Positions 62,159-64,000 of a DNA stretch of 64,000 nt are shown one piece after another. Every line of letters begins with the position of its first letter. Positions within the stretch are counted from its first letter, which is position 1. Source of the stretch: Octopus sinensis (lineage: Eukaryota); contig NC_043010.1 in the NCBI RefSeq assembly GCF_006345805.1, positions 17,732,001 through 17,796,000 of the forward strand, given 5' to 3'. The position numbers were made by a program, and so were the translations under genes. The notes beneath the pieces were generated by a model. The model did not search any database. It worked only from the letters and a program-made list of their open reading frames with translations, and had not been told where the DNA came from.

Positions 62159-63080
62159 GTAAGTTACGGTTTTTAAAAACAAAAACATCGTCTGCTGGAC
62201 GATCACTTCGGTCCTTTATCCCCACCCCATACTTTTTAATCCGTGTCTGTATAGATATATGCATGTGTGTGTGTGTGTGACACACACATACGATGCAGTA
62301 GTTTTAATTAGTACCGCTTAGTATTCTTTTATAACAAGTACTTGCGTCTTCGTCTCACCATTCTCTTTGGCCCTAAAAGGGTCACCAAATGCAAGTTGGG
62401 GCTCTTCTTACTTTGATCGTCATAAGACAAAATAAAATACAACTATTTTAGTCTTATAAAAAGTTTAACGTTTATTTTATTTTAGTTTGTGTTTGGGTTT
62501 CATTTACATAACACATTTAGCAATCTAATATCTTATTAAATTCCTCATTAAATTATTCTTCCTTTTAAGTCGGGTGGAAAACGGGGATATTCTTTTAAAT
62601 ATTATCTCTTAATCTGTTTCTTCTAAACAATCCAAAAGATTCTAATTTCCTCAGGTATTTGGTTTTATTTCATGTGAATTCGATGTTTGAAAAACCTTTG
62701 TTTGTGTTTTCTCTCTCTCTTTTTAAAAAAAAATTTAATTTCTGATTCACCCTGGTTGTTTCTCTCTTTCAGTCTGTGTTGCCGATTGTTATAAAATAAT
62801 GGTTAATGTTTACTTAACCATAATAATTTTTAATCACTCACAAATATGCAAACATTTCATATAAACACAGTCTGTTATTGTTACCGTTTAAAACTCTTCT
62901 CTTTCCGATCTAAGAAATAACTGTTTCAGCTTTTGGGTACCTCCGTGAAAACTGAAAGCTCCTGCGTGAAAGTTGCATTATTATTATTATACGTAGTTAT
63001 TCTGCGTAAAAGGAAAAAAAATTACAATCCATACACCTGATAAATCCAATACAAACCGAAGTTTGCGACTGTTAATTGAC

Positions 63081-64000
63081 TTAGAGTTGATCGGTGAGAA
63101 AACAATCGCGGTTCGTAAACACCAGCCTCTAATAAAGTTTATAAACTGAATTAATTTAAACATTTTTGTTAAACAAGGAACAAGCATATACTAATGAATT
63201 CTTCGAAATCGTTTTGTGCTTCTTCCTGGTTATTAAAGACCTTTTGGAAAAAGATGGCCAGAATCTTTGAGAAAGTGGTAATCGATCGGAGAAAAGTCTG
63301 GACCAGGTAGAGCTTTGTAGCCCAGGTTGGTGGATTTCTGGAAAATCATTAGCGAGGTTTATGGAGAAGAACTGGTTAACACTAGACTATATTGGGGAAG
63401 TTCTCTATGCATTTTTGTCGCTTTTCTGAAAAAGTGGACGATTGCACTTTCCGATCCTAATTTCATTTGATGTGACTTCAGTTTTGGTAAACTCTTTGGG
63501 TGTGCCACCTCGGTCCAGCCAAAAGGAAAGAAAGCGGTCGGTTGTCATACAGGATCAATATTTCATCAAAATGTCACAACGTGATCAACAAATGAATCGT
63601 TTTGGTTGCACAAGAGAAGCACAGAACAGACTTTATCCTGGCCACAGTTTTATTTTTGTCCTGCTCGTATGGCAGCAATTTGCCGAAGGTTTCGTAACTT
63701 TCCAGTGTGATGCAAATGTTGAATAACGAATGAATGACCAACACTTAGTGCTTCGGCAGCCTCTCAAATTGCTTTACTAGGGCCAACTTAAAAAGGGCAC
63801 ACAGAATCTTTGATAATCGCAGAAGGCCGTCTTGTGTCCACTGTGAAATTTTTGGAAATAATTTTTAGCGGACTGTTCATTGATGGTCTCTTAGCCAAAT
63901 ACTTGCTTGAAACTGTAAGCAATTTTTGCTGGTTTATGTTCCATTTTGAACTTGTAGAATTAAATAATTTGCTCTCCCTTCACATTTTATTTGACATCGT
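63081..64000 (-). mobile_element. Mariner (Hsmar1/SETMAR-like) transposase fossil, runs off the window
   Basis: FK.EHKPAKIAYSFKQVFG; LLCNQNDSFVDHVVTF/DE.LILYDNR; WLDRGGTPK; PDFSPIDYHFLK; KVFNNQEEAQNDFEEFI. Degenerate TIR-like sequence at 63081-63113. Confidence 0.82.

Noticed and set aside
1-64000. CRISPR arrays, rRNA, snRNA, histone genes, and most short ORFs in the supplied track
   Set aside because: None were recognised. The short ORFs mostly overlap SINE/LINE bodies, microsatellites or the antisense strand of real exons.

Overview
AT-rich, repeat-dense animal DNA, most likely an octopus or other coleoid cephalopod. That assignment is inferred from the tRNA-derived SINE families, the (GAT/CAT)n-tailed RTE LINE ends and the microsatellite load. 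Two complete multi-exon genes were rebuilt by hand on the minus strand, with consistent GT-AG phases. One is a C2orf42 orthologue (8 coding exons, 7008-24385, 589 aa). The other is CDC23/APC8 (14 coding exons, 34293-56293, 593 aa). The probable first exon of a third, unidentified plus-strand gene lies at about 61950-62158. The rest is mostly transposon relics: RTE and CR1/L2 LINEs, a Penelope-like element, three SINE families, MITEs with 8-bp or TTAA target duplications, a Helitron and two mariner fossils. The most unusual signal is three hammerhead-ribozyme-like cores. One follows the Penelope GIY-YIG fragment (about 3787). Two sit in the loops of long inverted repeats with the same arm-spacer-hammerhead-arm layout (22317-22571 and 34791-35241). 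Also notable are an inverted MITE pair bracketing a 378-nt in-frame exon block of C2orf42 and three consecutive foldbacks in one CDC23 intron. All structure and homology calls were made by eye or from memory; no searches or folding programs were run.
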